NCBI GenBank assembly: GCA_030648005.1
Contig: JAUSIP010000001.1
Span: 6,662 to 70,661 of the forward strand
DNA length: 64,000 nucleotides
Direction: 5' to 3'
DNA from: a bacterium
GTDB taxonomy: Bacteria > Patescibacteriota > Minisyncoccia > Phycocordibacterales > UBA12445
Shown: one piece after another, positions 35,680 to 46,313 of the stretch
Position numbering within the stretch: the first letter of the stretch is position 1
How the letters are laid out: every line of letters starts with the position of its first letter
Notes under the pieces: model-generated
What the model saw: only the letters and a program-made list of their open reading frames with translations
Databases searched by the model: none
Told to the model about the DNA's origin: nothing
Made by a program: the position numbers and the translations under genes

Positions 35680-37362
35680 TTACAACCCTTCCGGAGAAGG
35701 AATGATTGGTCTTTTGTTTCCAAATTTTCTACTAATCATAGACGTGAACCCTCTCATCTCTTCATTTTTAATTGCTGTCAAAAACATGCACCAAACAAAT
35801 ATACCAATTAACCCTGAATAAAGTCCGTGCAAGAAGATACCCCAGAATGTTTGCAGATCTAGAAAATTATTGAAAATATGAAGAGAGAAAGATGTAATAA
35901 TCCCCAGCACAATTGAGGCGAGGAGCGATTGCAAAACTGTCTTCATTACTCTAGGCGAGAATCTTATTTTTATATCTTTCTCAAAAGTGATCCAGAGAAA
36001 TATCGCATTTATAAAAGTTCCTATTGTGAAAGCAAGTCCAAGCAAGAGGACCTCGGCACCAGGAACATCTGCGATTCTAAATACTCTGTCTACAAGCCTC
36101 TCGTATCCGGGATGCCCGGATGAAATATTTATAAAAAGATATGCGGAAATTATAATTATCAAGGAAGATGCTATTTTTATAATAACCGGCTGTTTCGTCT
36201 TGCCTGTCGCATAATAAGCACGATCGAAAAGCTGGATGATACTTTGGAAAACTACCGTCAGAGAGAACATCGCCAGAAGGGCCGCAGTAAGCCTGGTGTG
36301 ATCCCAATTAAAATTACCAGAACCAAGTATTATGCGTACGATCTGAGCGCGAAGTACAATAAAAAGAGTCACTATCGGCATTGACCAGAAGATAATATGT
36401 CGGAGCGTTTCGGACATATACGAGACGAACTCCTCTTTCTGTCCGGAGGAAAACATCTTTGACATGGTTGGGAAAGCGGCCACCGAATAGCTTATGCCTA
36501 TTAACGCCATCGGCACAGACTGAAGATTGAAAGCGAAGTTAAAAATAGATATAGAACCACTCGACATATGCGAAGCCAGGGCTGTTAGCACCATGATAGC
36601 AAGTACATTAACGCCAAGTGCCATAGTTCTAGGCAGAGATAGGCTTGAAATCTTAGATATATCTTTCTTTAAGAATTTAAAACTTATAGCCGGGAAATAA
36701 CCTTCACTTACAACAGTAGGCACTTGCACTAGGAAGTGCATCAACGCACCCAACACCACACCATATACCAAGCCATCCAACCCAAAAACCGGATAGAAGA
36801 AGATCACTCCGGATATGATCCCAATATTGTATAGGACTGGACTTAGGGCATAGATGAAGAATCTTTTATAAGATTGGGTTACCGCGCCAAAAAGATTTGA
36901 TAATCCCAAAAAAAACGGTGACAAAAGCAGTATGCGAGTCATGGTTATAAGTTTCGCCTTAGCCTGAAGATCGAACCCGGGTGCTACGAAATCCACAAGA
37001 TACGGCGTAAAGATATAAACAACAGCGCTAGTTATAGTTATAGTAAGCAAGAAGAATGTGAGGAGCGATGAGAGAAAAGATTTAACATCTTCAACAGACT
37101 CATGCTCTATCTTGTCTACCAATATTGGGATGAGTACAGTGACAGCCAAGAAAGAGCCGACGGAGACAAAAATAAGATCTGGTAGTCGGAAGGCTGCATA
37201 GTAAATATCAAGTTCACTTGAAGCGCCAAAGTGGCCAGCCAACAACCTATCGCGGAAAAGGCCTAACAGCTGTGACACTAACGATGAGAAACCAAGAAGA
37301 AAAGCGGCCTGATGCAGACCGCTAAACTCTTTATTGAAAAAATCAATAAGTTTCTGGACCAT
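35680..37362 (-). CDS. murJ: lipid II flippase MurJ/MviN
   Basis: Polytopic membrane protein; N-terminal LLGLFRDRLLAGHFGASSELDIYYAAFRLPD pattern. Confidence 0.8.
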   Translation of the reverse strand: MVQKLIDFFNKEFSGLHQAAFLLGFSSLVSQLLGLFRDRLLAGHFGASSELDIYYAAFRLPDLIFVSVGSFLAVTVLIPILVDKIEHESVEDVKSFLSSLLTFFLLTITITSAVVYIFTPYLVDFVAPGFDLQAKAKLITMTRILLLSPFFLGLSNLFGAVTQSYKRFFIYALSPVLYNIGIISGVIFFYPVFGLDGLVYGVVLGALMHFLVQVPTVVSEGYFPAISFKFLKKDISKISSLSLPRTMALGVNVLAIMVLTALASHMSSGSISIFNFAFNLQSVPMALIGISYSVAAFPTMSKMFSSGQKEEFVSYMSETLRHIIFWSMPIVTLFIVLRAQIVRIILGSGNFNWDHTRLTAALLAMFSLTVVFQSIIQLFDRAYYATGKTKQPVIIKIASSLIIIISAYLFINISSGHPGYERLVDRVFRIADVPGAEVLLLGLAFTIGTFINAIFLWITFEKDIKIRFSPRVMKTVLQSLLASIVLGIITSFSLHIFNNFLDLQTFWGIFLHGLYSGLIGIFVWCMFLTAIKNEEMRGFTSMISRKFGNKRPIIPSPEGL

Positions 37363-39851
37363 TAGTTATCGGCATCGGAGCTGTCGTCAACTTCAACAGA
37401 AGTGGCAGTAGACGTCTCCTTCTTAACTTTCTCTTTCACTGGAAGTTTGCTTCTTTTCTCCGGCGCGACAGGTTCGTTCTTTGGCGGAACAATATTCTCA
37501 AGAGCTCCTCTACCGGCTTTCAAATTTATCAGAATATTCGCAACCTCCTTAGAATCCGGATTAAGAACGCTCAGCTCTTCAAACTCTTTGATCGCATCAT
37601 TAACCTTACCAAGCTTACTATAAGATATACCTAAGAAATATTTGGCATTGGCATAATTTGACTGTGCACCGGTTGCAGCCTTTAATGCTTCTACAGCCCC
37701 AGCATAATCCTTGTTCGTATATTTCAACAAACCGAGCTGGAATAAAATCCCAACATCGCCAGGTGAGAAAATAGCAGCCTGCTGTGCCTTCGCGATCGCT
37801 TCCGGCAAGTTTCCTTGCTTTGCCTCTATCTGAGATAAAAGGAATAAAGCTTCTGTGTAATTACTCTTCTTTGCTAATGCCTTAGCGATATATTCTTTAG
37901 CTTTAACACTGTCGCCCTTTGCAACTTCAACCTGGGCCAAATTTAAGTAGATGCTAGGATTCTTAGGATTGAGCACTAGCGCCTTATTATAGGAATCAAT
38001 AGCAAGATCATAAGATCCACTGATCACATCCTTAAGTGGGAGCACCGTCTCACCAACCTTACCCAAGGCGATCCAGTTAAAATAATTGGATGGATTAAGC
38101 TCCGTAGCCTTTCTTGCACTACCCGCCGCCGAAGTCAGATCAAGCTGCAACTGCTGAAATAAAGATTCTTTCGTCATACCAGATGAACCGGAGAGTAGGG
38201 AGCGAAGTTTAATCAAACCAATCTCTGTTAATGATCTATAATAAAGATCCTGTTCATCCATATCAATGGCACTCTTGATAGATCTCTCAACTTCCACAAT
38301 CCCCCCCACTTGATTGAAGTTATAAATACCACGCTGGAAAGTATATAGGGCACTAGATTTCTTATAGAGAGAGTAACTTCCAGATATGACCGATATAATA
38401 AGCAGAACAATAACAAGAACTGCAACAAAGCCGAGCTTCGGACTGTTAAGGAAAGAAAAACCATACTGCCTAACCAAACCGGCACGAGACAAAGAAGCCA
38501 AGAAAATGCCTGTGAACACGAAAGTTAACACCATCAACGCCGTATCTGTAACGTAGAATATAGAGAATGCCCAAAGATAGAAGCTTGCGATAAATGATGC
38601 CAGAATTATAAGCTGATCAGCCATATCCTCAAAGGAGACCATAAGCGCCTTGTATCCGTAATACACGAGGGATAATAGGAAAAGTCCTGCCGAAATCAAA
38701 CCAAATAATCCCAAGGTGATTGCATAAGATGGTATGCGCCCAAAACCGACATTGAATTCAGTATTCCAGAATATCGTGGAGTTGACCGCATCAGGCTTAT
38801 ACACTGACCACTCTTTTGCAAAAGTATTCGGTCCAGTACCAAGATAAAAACTCTTTTGCATTGTCGCTTTAGCAACCTCCATTGTTGACTGCCAAGACGG
38901 TCTGACTTCCAACTGATATATATTATATTTATTCAAAACAGGTCCTACGGAGTTAGCCCCAAAGAAGAGAACTATTGCCACAATAACCACAAAGAACGAC
39001 GGCTTAAAAATAATATTCTTATAATTGCTATGGCCTTCACTGAACATCCCCGACCTCGCAAGAGAATATATACATACAATAAGAGCGAAGACGCCGACTA
39101 TAACCCAAATAAGATTGTAGTTGGCTAAAGTAACCATCATTATGGAGAGGGCAAGTGTCATCCAAAGTATACTTTTTTTAAACTTTTTACCTCTAAGCGA
39201 AGGTGATTCCAAACCAACCAGAGCGAGTAACAAAGACAGGCCGAAGAAGATACCGAAATCGTTCCACTTTCCGATCATGTTAGATAAAACCCCACCCGAA
39301 AGAAGTTTAACAGGAGAAAGTATCTGGATCAGCTCGACTGCACCAATAATCAACGATGTGATTATCAATCCGTTAAAAAATCGAAAGGTCCTTTTCCGAG
39401 AATCGAAAAACGTGGAGGCCAGGAACATCGCTAAGAAGAAAACGATGGTTGAGACAAGTGTGTCGTTCTCGTATCCGAGTCCAAAAACCGATAAGCCAAG
39501 AGCTGGAGCAAGGAGAGAAGATGCGGTAAACGAAGCCACAAGCAACAGACTTGTCCAAAAAATAGCTCCACCCGGAAAAGTGAACTTGCCGTCCTCAAGC
39601 CTGGTTATGAGCCACAATACAAAAGAGACAAGGACTCCGCCCGAAAATAGAATCTTCTTTGCAAACTCAAGCTGAAAACCAGAAGAAGCCGGTAAAATAA
39701 AAAGTGGAACCAGTAATATTGTGAATAAAAAAACAAAGTAAGAAAGTTTGCCTATAAATGGCATTGTTCCGTAGAAACGACTCTTTCGAGGAGTCTCGTC
39801 AGACTCCTCTACCACTTCATCAATAACGATATTTAAATCTTCTTCTTGCAT
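37362..39851 (-). CDS. O-antigen ligase/polymerase-like membrane domain fused to C-terminal TPR repeats
   Basis: Many TM helices, then TPR-like repeats (AIDSYNKALVLNP..., YLNLAQV...). Confidence 0.65.
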   Translation of the reverse strand: MQEEDLNIVIDEVVEESDETPRKSRFYGTMPFIGKLSYFVFLFTILLVPLFILPASSGFQLEFAKKILFSGGVLVSFVLWLITRLEDGKFTFPGGAIFWTSLLLVASFTASSLLAPALGLSVFGLGYENDTLVSTIVFFLAMFLASTFFDSRKRTFRFFNGLIITSLIIGAVELIQILSPVKLLSGGVLSNMIGKWNDFGIFFGLSLLLALVGLESPSLRGKKFKKSILWMTLALSIMMVTLANYNLIWVIVGVFALIVCIYSLARSGMFSEGHSNYKNIIFKPSFFVVIVAIVLFFGANSVGPVLNKYNIYQLEVRPSWQSTMEVAKATMQKSFYLGTGPNTFAKEWSVYKPDAVNSTIFWNTEFNVGFGRIPSYAITLGLFGLISAGLFLLSLVYYGYKALMVSFEDMADQLIILASFIASFYLWAFSIFYVTDTALMVLTFVFTGIFLASLSRAGLVRQYGFSFLNSPKLGFVAVLVIVLLIISVISGSYSLYKKSSALYTFQRGIYNFNQVGGIVEVERSIKSAIDMDEQDLYYRSLTEIGLIKLRSLLSGSSGMTKESLFQQLQLDLTSAAGSARKATELNPSNYFNWIALGKVGETVLPLKDVISGSYDLAIDSYNKALVLNPKNPSIYLNLAQVEVAKGDSVKAKEYIAKALAKKSNYTEALFLLSQIEAKQGNLPEAIAKAQQAAIFSPGDVGILFQLGLLKYTNKDYAGAVEALKAATGAQSNYANAKYFLGISYSKLGKVNDAIKEFEELSVLNPDSKEVANILINLKAGRGALENIVPPKNEPVAPEKRSKLPVKEKVKKETSTATSVEVDDSSDADN

Positions 39852-39921
39852 ATTTTTAATTATAAACTCCTTAGGCGATTAATATGCTACTAATTTTATA
39901 CCAGTCTGTTATAATCTACAA

Positions 39922-40653
39922 GTGCAAGAAAAGATACCCCACGGCCATAGTGAGAATCTCCACCAGACTGATCATGGTCTGTATATAAGCGACCTGGTAT
40001 ATGGATCAAACGACGGTATTATAACCACATTTGCAGTGGTTTCCGGAGCGGCAGGAGCGGCCTTAACCACAGAAACCATCATAATCCTAGGGCTGGCCTC
40101 GCTCGTTGCTGATGGTATTTCCATGGGGATATCTAATTATCTAGCCATCTCTTCCAGGCTCGACTACCAGAAGCAAGAACGAAGGAGAGAAGAATTTGAA
40201 GTTGATAATTTCCCAGAGAAAGAGCGTTCGGAGGTTAGAGAGATACTAGAACGCTGGGGTATCCCGGAGAGGTATATGGAGGAAACTCTGACTTCCATAA
40301 CGAGCGACAAGACACGCTGGGTAGATTTAATGATGAAAGAAGAGCTCGGAATATTCGAAGATAAGATAGAATCCCCTTCAAAACACGGACTCGTAACAAT
40401 GGGCGCTTTCGTAATAGCGGGATCTCTCCCTTTGACACCGTATCTTTTTGGTGTAAATGCAGACTCGCAATTCATCGTTTCAATAATCGCCACCGCTAGC
40501 TCACTCTTTGTTGTTGGTTCAGCAAGGACATATCTAACGGGAGCCAAGTGGTTCCAATCTGGACTTCAAATGCTTCTGGTTGGCAGTGCTGCTGCTGCCA
40601 GCGCTTATCTCGTAGGCGCTCTGGTCAAGAACTTCTTTGGGATCATGATCTAA
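39922..40653 (+). CDS. VIT1/CCC1-family iron/manganese transporter
   Basis: DLVYGSNDGIITTFAVVSGAAGA motif. Confidence 0.75.
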   Translation: MQEKIPHGHSENLHQTDHGLYISDLVYGSNDGIITTFAVVSGAAGAALTTETIIILGLASLVADGISMGISNYLAISSRLDYQKQERRREEFEVDNFPEKERSEVREILERWGIPERYMEETLTSITSDKTRWVDLMMKEELGIFEDKIESPSKHGLVTMGAFVIAGSLPLTPYLFGVNADSQFIVSIIATASSLFVVGSARTYLTGAKWFQSGLQMLLVGSAAAASAYLVGALVKNFFGIMI

Positions 40654-40667
40654 TAGAACCTACTATT

Positions 40668-41591
40668 CTAGATTTTCTTCGGAAATAGGACAGAAAGCCA
40701 TAGCGATAATCCGAGGGTTGACATTATTATCGCCAGGGACATGAGTGATGATATGTGAATGCTAAATATCCCAGCAAGCATTTTTAAACCAATGAAAACC
40801 AATATAAAAGCCAGGCCCTTCTGAAGATGGTGAAAGCGGTGCAAAAAACTTTCAATCAGGAAGAAGAGCGCTCGAAGTCCCATCACTGCAAAAATATTGG
40901 AGGTGAAGACGATGAAACTGTTTTGTGATATGGCGAAAGCTGCCGGAATGGAATCCACCGCGAAAACGATATCTGTCGTTTCAACAATGATTACGATCAA
41001 GAAGAGCAGCGTGAAGTGGATCTTCCCTTTCTCCCAAAGAACAAACTTACCTTCATGATCAGCTGTGCTGAAACGGAGATATTTCCTGGCATATTTCACA
41101 ACAATACTATTCTCAAAATCAGCATGCTCCTCTTTCTTATCCGCAAAAAGTTTTATACCGGTATATAGAAGTAGAGCGCCAAAAATATACAGAACAAAAT
41201 GGAACTGCTCTATTATATAGGCGCCGGCAACAATGAATACGCCTCTGGAGACGATCGCTCCAAGTATCCCCCAGAAGAGAACCTTGTGGTGATACTTTTC
41301 CGGAAGCTTAAAGTAGTTAAAGATCAACATTATGACAAAAAGATTATCGACGGAGAGCATCTTCTCAGTCACGTAAGCGCCCATGAACTCTGCCGCCAAC
41401 TCCCGACTCATAAAGAGAAATACAAGAAAGGCAAAAGCGAAAGATATAGCCACCCAGAAGAGCGACTGGATGAGCGCCTCCTTTGGTTCTATGCGATGTG
41501 CCCTTTTATTAAAGAAGCCAAGATCAGCTATCAAAAAACCGATAATAGTAATTCCAAATAGTATAGATAGATAAAATTGTGGATCAGTCAT
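40668..41591 (-). CDS. TerC-family integral membrane protein
   Basis: LSVDNLFVIMLIF and overall TerC topology. Confidence 0.75.
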   Translation of the reverse strand: MTDPQFYLSILFGITIIGFLIADLGFFNKRAHRIEPKEALIQSLFWVAISFAFAFLVFLFMSRELAAEFMGAYVTEKMLSVDNLFVIMLIFNYFKLPEKYHHKVLFWGILGAIVSRGVFIVAGAYIIEQFHFVLYIFGALLLYTGIKLFADKKEEHADFENSIVVKYARKYLRFSTADHEGKFVLWEKGKIHFTLLFLIVIIVETTDIVFAVDSIPAAFAISQNSFIVFTSNIFAVMGLRALFFLIESFLHRFHHLQKGLAFILVFIGLKMLAGIFSIHISSLMSLAIIMSTLGLSLWLSVLFPKKI

Positions 41592-41654
41592 CAGCTATTT
41601 ATATCATTTGTCGGAGATAAAAGAAAAGCCCCGATAGACATCGGGGGGGTATCT

Positions 41655-42296
41655 CTAAAAGAACAACAACATCTGCTGTGCGACACTATCTAACCCCCCT
41701 TTATTCGAGAGGAAGATATATGGGATATCGGATGCGAGCGCATCTTTGTCCTGCTCCCAATAATCAACTTCACCCAAAGAAAGTATATAGAAGGACGCAA
41801 CGAAACTTTCAGGATCATCATACTTTGTCGAGATGTAACTACGTACCGAACGGACAGCCTCGGGTTCAAGTATCATAAACCGTGGATAAGCATCGGCAGT
41901 GAGCGGCTCGAGAGCTTTAACGAGAGAAGTCTTGTGTGTAGCATAGTAGTTCTCATGCTCTTCAGATACAGAGAGATATCTATTCTGGTGTCTTACAAAT
42001 CGCTCCGCTGGCACATTGTATATATATTCACCGGGTAGATCTGAAACCATTGGCCCGCGAGTCGTGAAGCTTCTGATTAAGCGAAGGTTCGGCCTCATCT
42101 CAAAAATCTTCCTCATAACATTAGTTTTATTTGCATCAGACGCAGATGTTACTGTGCAGATTGCAGGTCGTATGAACCTGCTAGGATCTCCCCGGAGGCT
42201 CACATATTCAAACTCTTGCCCAAAAGATATTAGCTCACGTATCTCCGCATGAATCTCTTTGGATATCCCACGGTTTATTATAATCACCCGCTTCAT
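41655..42296 (-). CDS. hypothetical protein
   Basis: Start at the internal ATG 42296 with RBS AGGAGG; no family recognised. Confidence 0.5.
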   Translation of the reverse strand: MKRVIIINRGISKEIHAEIRELISFGQEFEYVSLRGDPSRFIRPAICTVTSASDANKTNVMRKIFEMRPNLRLIRSFTTRGPMVSDLPGEYIYNVPAERFVRHQNRYLSVSEEHENYYATHKTSLVKALEPLTADAYPRFMILEPEAVRSVRSYISTKYDDPESFVASFYILSLGEVDYWEQDKDALASDIPYIFLSNKGGLDSVAQQMLLFF

Positions 42297-42418
42297 CTGA
42301 AACCTCCTTGTCAACGAACTAGAACAGCAATATCTTGCTGTAATATAGTATGAAATCAATTATTTGCCAATGTAGGCAAGAAAAAACCCATACTGCTTTA
42401 GCGGTATGGGGATAGGTT

Positions 42419-43195
42419 TTAGGCCTCGTAGACTATTGGATAGCGAATCAGATAATAGAAGGGTTCCTTGCAAATCGGCCGATATGGATCAAACCGACTT
42501 CTCTCACGATAGATGTATTGCCAATGATCGCGAACGACTCCCTCCTCAAGTAGAACTATACTCGAAGATCTTGTACCGTAGTTGTATATTGGATCGTCGA
42601 TGCAAGTGCCAAAATAAGGGTCACCGTGAATATCCAGCACCACTCGCAAGACCCCGACCGAAGGCTCCTGTTCGGTGATATTGGTGTTTCGGCAAACATT
42701 CAAGACGTTCTGAACGGACAAAGAATGATCTCCACCTATAACCCTGCCCACACCATGATTAGTGACGACCAAGATCCCATCTCCCTCTATCGTAGACTCG
42801 ATAACCTTACCATCACCCTTAAGAAGAAACATCTTATTCTTGTCGCCTACAACCATATAGAAACCGTTATAATCACTACCCGGCAGGCGATTGATCTCTT
42901 CAAAGGCTCGCTCCGCACTCTTATGTCGGAGCGCCCGCATAACGAGCTCTCCCCGACTGACTCTGTCCGGCACTGATGTCACAGAGGGACGATTTGTAAG
43001 TGCTGCAAAAACACCATGACCATTAACTCCGTTCCATGTACCTCCGCGCTCCATGTCCTTGGGAGCGAAGATCCTGTGCTCCCAATCCCGCATTCCAGGC
43101 GATTCCGAAAGGCGATCAAGCCGTTCATCGCGATTAGACGCAAATGCAATCCTGTAACGAGGAAAGATGTTATTAAACACAACCAACGTGCCCAT
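42419..43195 (-). CDS. NRDE-family (TANGO2-like) protein
   Basis: Contains the eponymous FASNRDE motif near the N-terminus. Confidence 0.65.
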   Translation of the reverse strand: MGTLVVFNNIFPRYRIAFASNRDERLDRLSESPGMRDWEHRIFAPKDMERGGTWNGVNGHGVFAALTNRPSVTSVPDRVSRGELVMRALRHKSAERAFEEINRLPGSDYNGFYMVVGDKNKMFLLKGDGKVIESTIEGDGILVVTNHGVGRVIGGDHSLSVQNVLNVCRNTNITEQEPSVGVLRVVLDIHGDPYFGTCIDDPIYNYGTRSSSIVLLEEGVVRDHWQYIYRERSRFDPYRPICKEPFYYLIRYPIVYEA

Positions 43196-43198
43196 TTA

Positions 43199-43918
43199 TC
43201 ATTCGCCTCCTTGCCCCGAGATTTGTCGTGGGGCTTCTTCAGTAAGCTTCTTAAGAAGCTCCTCCGGCAATTTGTCGCGTGTCACATGCTGGCATGAACC
43301 GTCAGCACTGACAATGATCGCACGTACCCTTTTCCATTCGTCACAGTTGGCTACAATAAAGTCTGCCTTCGAATCATGCATACTCTTTGTGGCGATCTCA
43401 ATCAACTTCTCATCAGAAACACCCATCTCGTGCTTGAACTTCACTAGCTTACCCTTAAAACCCCAGGTGTCGCGGATCTTGTCAACAATCTTCTCTGTCC
43501 GCAGAAGCTCGAGAGAAAGTCTATCGTGAGGTGTCTTGATCTTGGTACTATTATCTATCTGATGATAAGCACCTCCGATATTACTCGCGAACACACCTGC
43601 GACATACCAGTCACTCACTGCCGCTGAATGGATCACTACATCATATTTGCCACCTCGAATCTCTTTTTCTATCAAGAACTTCAACTCATCATATGTCCGA
43701 AAGTGCTTCACATTTCGAAGAAGGAGATTCTCACGGAACTTCAGAATGTCGTCGCGATTGGAGAAACTCTCATCTGCAGTCAGGATCGTTACATCATGTT
43801 CTTTACCCCGAAAATATCTGGCGATCTTTTCACCTGTTCTACCTGTAGCATTGTTAGTAATCGAGCGAATCGCATCAATATCCTCGTCTGTCCCGCCAGC
43901 CGTTACTAGAACTCGCAT
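43199..43918 (-). CDS. coaB: phosphopantothenate--cysteine ligase (CoaB domain)
   Basis: MRVLVTAGGTDEDIDAIRSITNNATGRTG. Confidence 0.7.
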   Translation of the reverse strand: MRVLVTAGGTDEDIDAIRSITNNATGRTGEKIARYFRGKEHDVTILTADESFSNRDDILKFRENLLLRNVKHFRTYDELKFLIEKEIRGGKYDVVIHSAAVSDWYVAGVFASNIGGAYHQIDNSTKIKTPHDRLSLELLRTEKIVDKIRDTWGFKGKLVKFKHEMGVSDEKLIEIATKSMHDSKADFIVANCDEWKRVRAIIVSADGSCQHVTRDKLPEELLKKLTEEAPRQISGQGGE

Positions 43919-44117
43919 GGTGTATCCTCCTTATCAATGAACCCAGCCCATCCACACCAAAACTACCACATTAGTATGTGGCTGTCTATTGATGAAATTT
44001 ATACGGAAGAAAAAACTATTTCTTTGCCTTCTTCGGCTTCTTCTTCTCCTTTCTATGTCCGTCTCCTTTTGCCATATCTAAATTATAACATCACTCCTCC
44101 CAAAACTTATCCACAGT

Positions 44118-44170
44118 AAAAACTCGAAGTGAGTCTTCCTATATAGGAAGACTCACTTCGAGTTTTTTTA
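44118..44170. repeat. 45-bp perfect hairpin repeat, copy 2
   Basis: Identical 19-bp stem to copy 1; loop ATATA; followed by T7. Confidence 0.8.
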
Positions 44171-45049
44171 GATAATCTCGGCTAGATCTTCGTATGTATC
44201 TTCCTTCGGAATAATGTAGATATCCTGCCCATACCCTCCAGTGCCGACATACTCCGCCTCGCCATTAAGTACCGCCTCGAAGTCCTGACAGGCGAAACAT
44301 CCCTCCTCACCTCGTGGACAATCGAACTCCTTCGCCAGCCGTGCCGCCTTAACCTTTCGAGCAACTGTTAAAACTTTCTCCTTCGCTTCAGTTAAATCCG
44401 GTATCTTCATTGACGTTAGTTCATCGCTTCGGTCTAAGTACCAGTAGGCTACGCCGGAAACTTTCCTTTTTTGCAGAGCATTAAGTAGGAGCATGTATAT
44501 TGGCAACTGAAGGGAACCTTCCCCCTCGTCATGTTTACCAGTTTTAAAATCAATCACCACAATACTGTCATCTTCAGGCTTGTACTCCATCCAATCGATC
44601 AATCCGCACAAAATAATATTCTCATCCTCTGACAAATAAAAGTTTGGTGGCATGCCGTTGTGTCCATCCTTTAGTCTGACTGTTTTCTTAGCTAAAGGTC
44701 CCGGATGTTTTATGGCTCGCTCGATCATCGCCTTACCTCGTGCCTTCGCCTCCGCTTCCTCTTCCGCTGACTGGAATCCGCCCTTTTTGCCAGACACCTT
44801 CATCCAAGCCACTTCATAATCCTCCAGCAAGTTCCTCTTTAGTCGTTCTTCGGTCGGTATCGTTTTTAAATTCTCCAACACTTCATGCACCGCCGTACCC
44901 AGCGACAACGCCGGACTTATGACCGCAATCTTCCGCCCGCTCTTCGGATCCTTGTAGACATTCTTAAGAAAGTAAGCGCGCGGACACTTCAAGAAGTCCC
45001 CCATCGAAGAGTGTGATACCCAGACTGCGGTGTATTTGTCTTGCGGCAC
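44168..45049 (-). CDS. PD-(D/E)XK nuclease (RecB/Cas4-like) with C-terminal Cys cluster
   Basis: GLIDWMEY...VIDFKTGK nuclease motif; CPRGEEGCFAC cluster. Confidence 0.6.
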   Translation of the reverse strand: MPQDKYTAVWVSHSSMGDFLKCPRAYFLKNVYKDPKSGRKIAVISPALSLGTAVHEVLENLKTIPTEERLKRNLLEDYEVAWMKVSGKKGGFQSAEEEAEAKARGKAMIERAIKHPGPLAKKTVRLKDGHNGMPPNFYLSEDENIILCGLIDWMEYKPEDDSIVVIDFKTGKHDEGEGSLQLPIYMLLLNALQKRKVSGVAYWYLDRSDELTSMKIPDLTEAKEKVLTVARKVKAARLAKEFDCPRGEEGCFACQDFEAVLNGEAEYVGTGGYGQDIYIIPKEDTYEDLAEII

Positions 45050-45052
45050 GTT

Positions 45053-45970
45053 CTATTCCGCTAACATCTTATCCATCGCCTGGTCATAACGCTTCAAACA
45101 TTCCCTGCTCCGGGCTTCATATGTAGCACCAGCAGACTTCTTAAAAACGAAGGCGCGGAACTGTATGAACCATGTTGCAAACGGATTATAATTCGCTTTG
45201 TACAGTGAAGCAATACATTGATTTCTATAGGCGACAACATGGGACCGATATCCTCTCGCGCATCTTATAGCCTTATCTTCGCTGGTTTCGCCTTCCTTTG
45301 GCTCAGCCGACTTCAAACAGATATTTATATATTTCTCCCCCGTAGTGAGTTCGATCGGCTTATTCAAGGTGTAATCCGTCTCGCAAAGTTTTTTTCTTGT
45401 CTCTTCTGATGTGTCCGGCCACTTACCCATTTCCATACATCGGTTTAAATAACTCTTACATGTATCTTTCTCTCCTATGCTGCCTACCAATTCGGAACAA
45501 TAGTACTTGTATACCGGCGCCTTGCACTTATTTTCATCTACTATGATCGGGATCTCGGCTGTGGTTGGAGTATCGAAGACCCCGCGCTTCTGCATAGAAT
45601 TAGTATCCGCCACCGCTAGGTCACTACAACAAGAGGCGGCATTAGGATTATTGTAGACGATCATGCACTTCTGAACATATCTGCTGTGATATTTTTTAGC
45701 GGCGTCATTCCAGGCTTCAGGATTGCCGGGTAAGGGTGAGGGTGGTATTGTATTTTGATCTGCATTGATCGCGCAACCTCTGTCGCATTTAGCGATCTCC
45801 GCCAGACTTTGATCCAGTGGCAGCTTCTTCAACAGAACAGCATCGGAGCATGAAGCCTTGCAGGCGCGATACTCCTCCAAACTCTTTGTGCTGGCAATTT
45901 GAGGCGATAATGCATAGGCGGGCAAGTATCCTAATAAAAAAGTGAACGCTAATATTATTATCTTCTTCAT
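45053..45970 (-). CDS. secreted cysteine-rich hypothetical protein
   Basis: Signal peptide, more than 20 Cys. Confidence 0.45.
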   Translation of the reverse strand: MKKIIILAFTFLLGYLPAYALSPQIASTKSLEEYRACKASCSDAVLLKKLPLDQSLAEIAKCDRGCAINADQNTIPPSPLPGNPEAWNDAAKKYHSRYVQKCMIVYNNPNAASCCSDLAVADTNSMQKRGVFDTPTTAEIPIIVDENKCKAPVYKYYCSELVGSIGEKDTCKSYLNRCMEMGKWPDTSEETRKKLCETDYTLNKPIELTTGEKYINICLKSAEPKEGETSEDKAIRCARGYRSHVVAYRNQCIASLYKANYNPFATWFIQFRAFVFKKSAGATYEARSRECLKRYDQAMDKMLAE

Positions 45971-46058
45971 GCTTGTATATTAATATTTTTCGCCCGCTAA
46001 ATCAATACATTACTGCACAAGACAGTCTTGTACAGTACTTATATTTTAATTTTAGCTT

Positions 46059-46313
46059 CTACTTATAAACATCTTTGCGGTGCTCGAATTTTATGACTGA
46101 AATCAATAGTTCTTGTTTATAAATTTTATATATGATACGAAACGGCCAGACGCGGACAGTATATTCGTCTTTATGTTTACCATGAAGTTTCTTGCCTGAA
46201 AACGGATCCGCCCTAATGGCGGAGAGAACTTGCATGGCTCTATTATAGTCCTCATCATTCAGACTATCGAGATTCTTTTCTGCTTTTGGTTTGATCTTTA
46301 GTATGAATGCCAT
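46059..46313 (-). CDS. RelE/ParE-family toxin
   Basis: 84 aa, basic; overlaps the upstream antitoxin gene. Confidence 0.6.
   Translation of the reverse strand: MAFILKIKPKAEKNLDSLNDEDYNRAMQVLSAIRADPFSGKKLHGKHKDEYTVRVWPFRIIYKIYKQELLISVIKFEHRKDVYK

Noticed and set aside
30741-44118. The 13.4-kb segment between the two identical 45-bp hairpins as a genomic island
   Set aside because: The content is lepA, murJ, TerC, VIT1, CoaB and tRNAs, which is ordinary housekeeping DNA of background composition. The hairpins are more simply repeated terminators.
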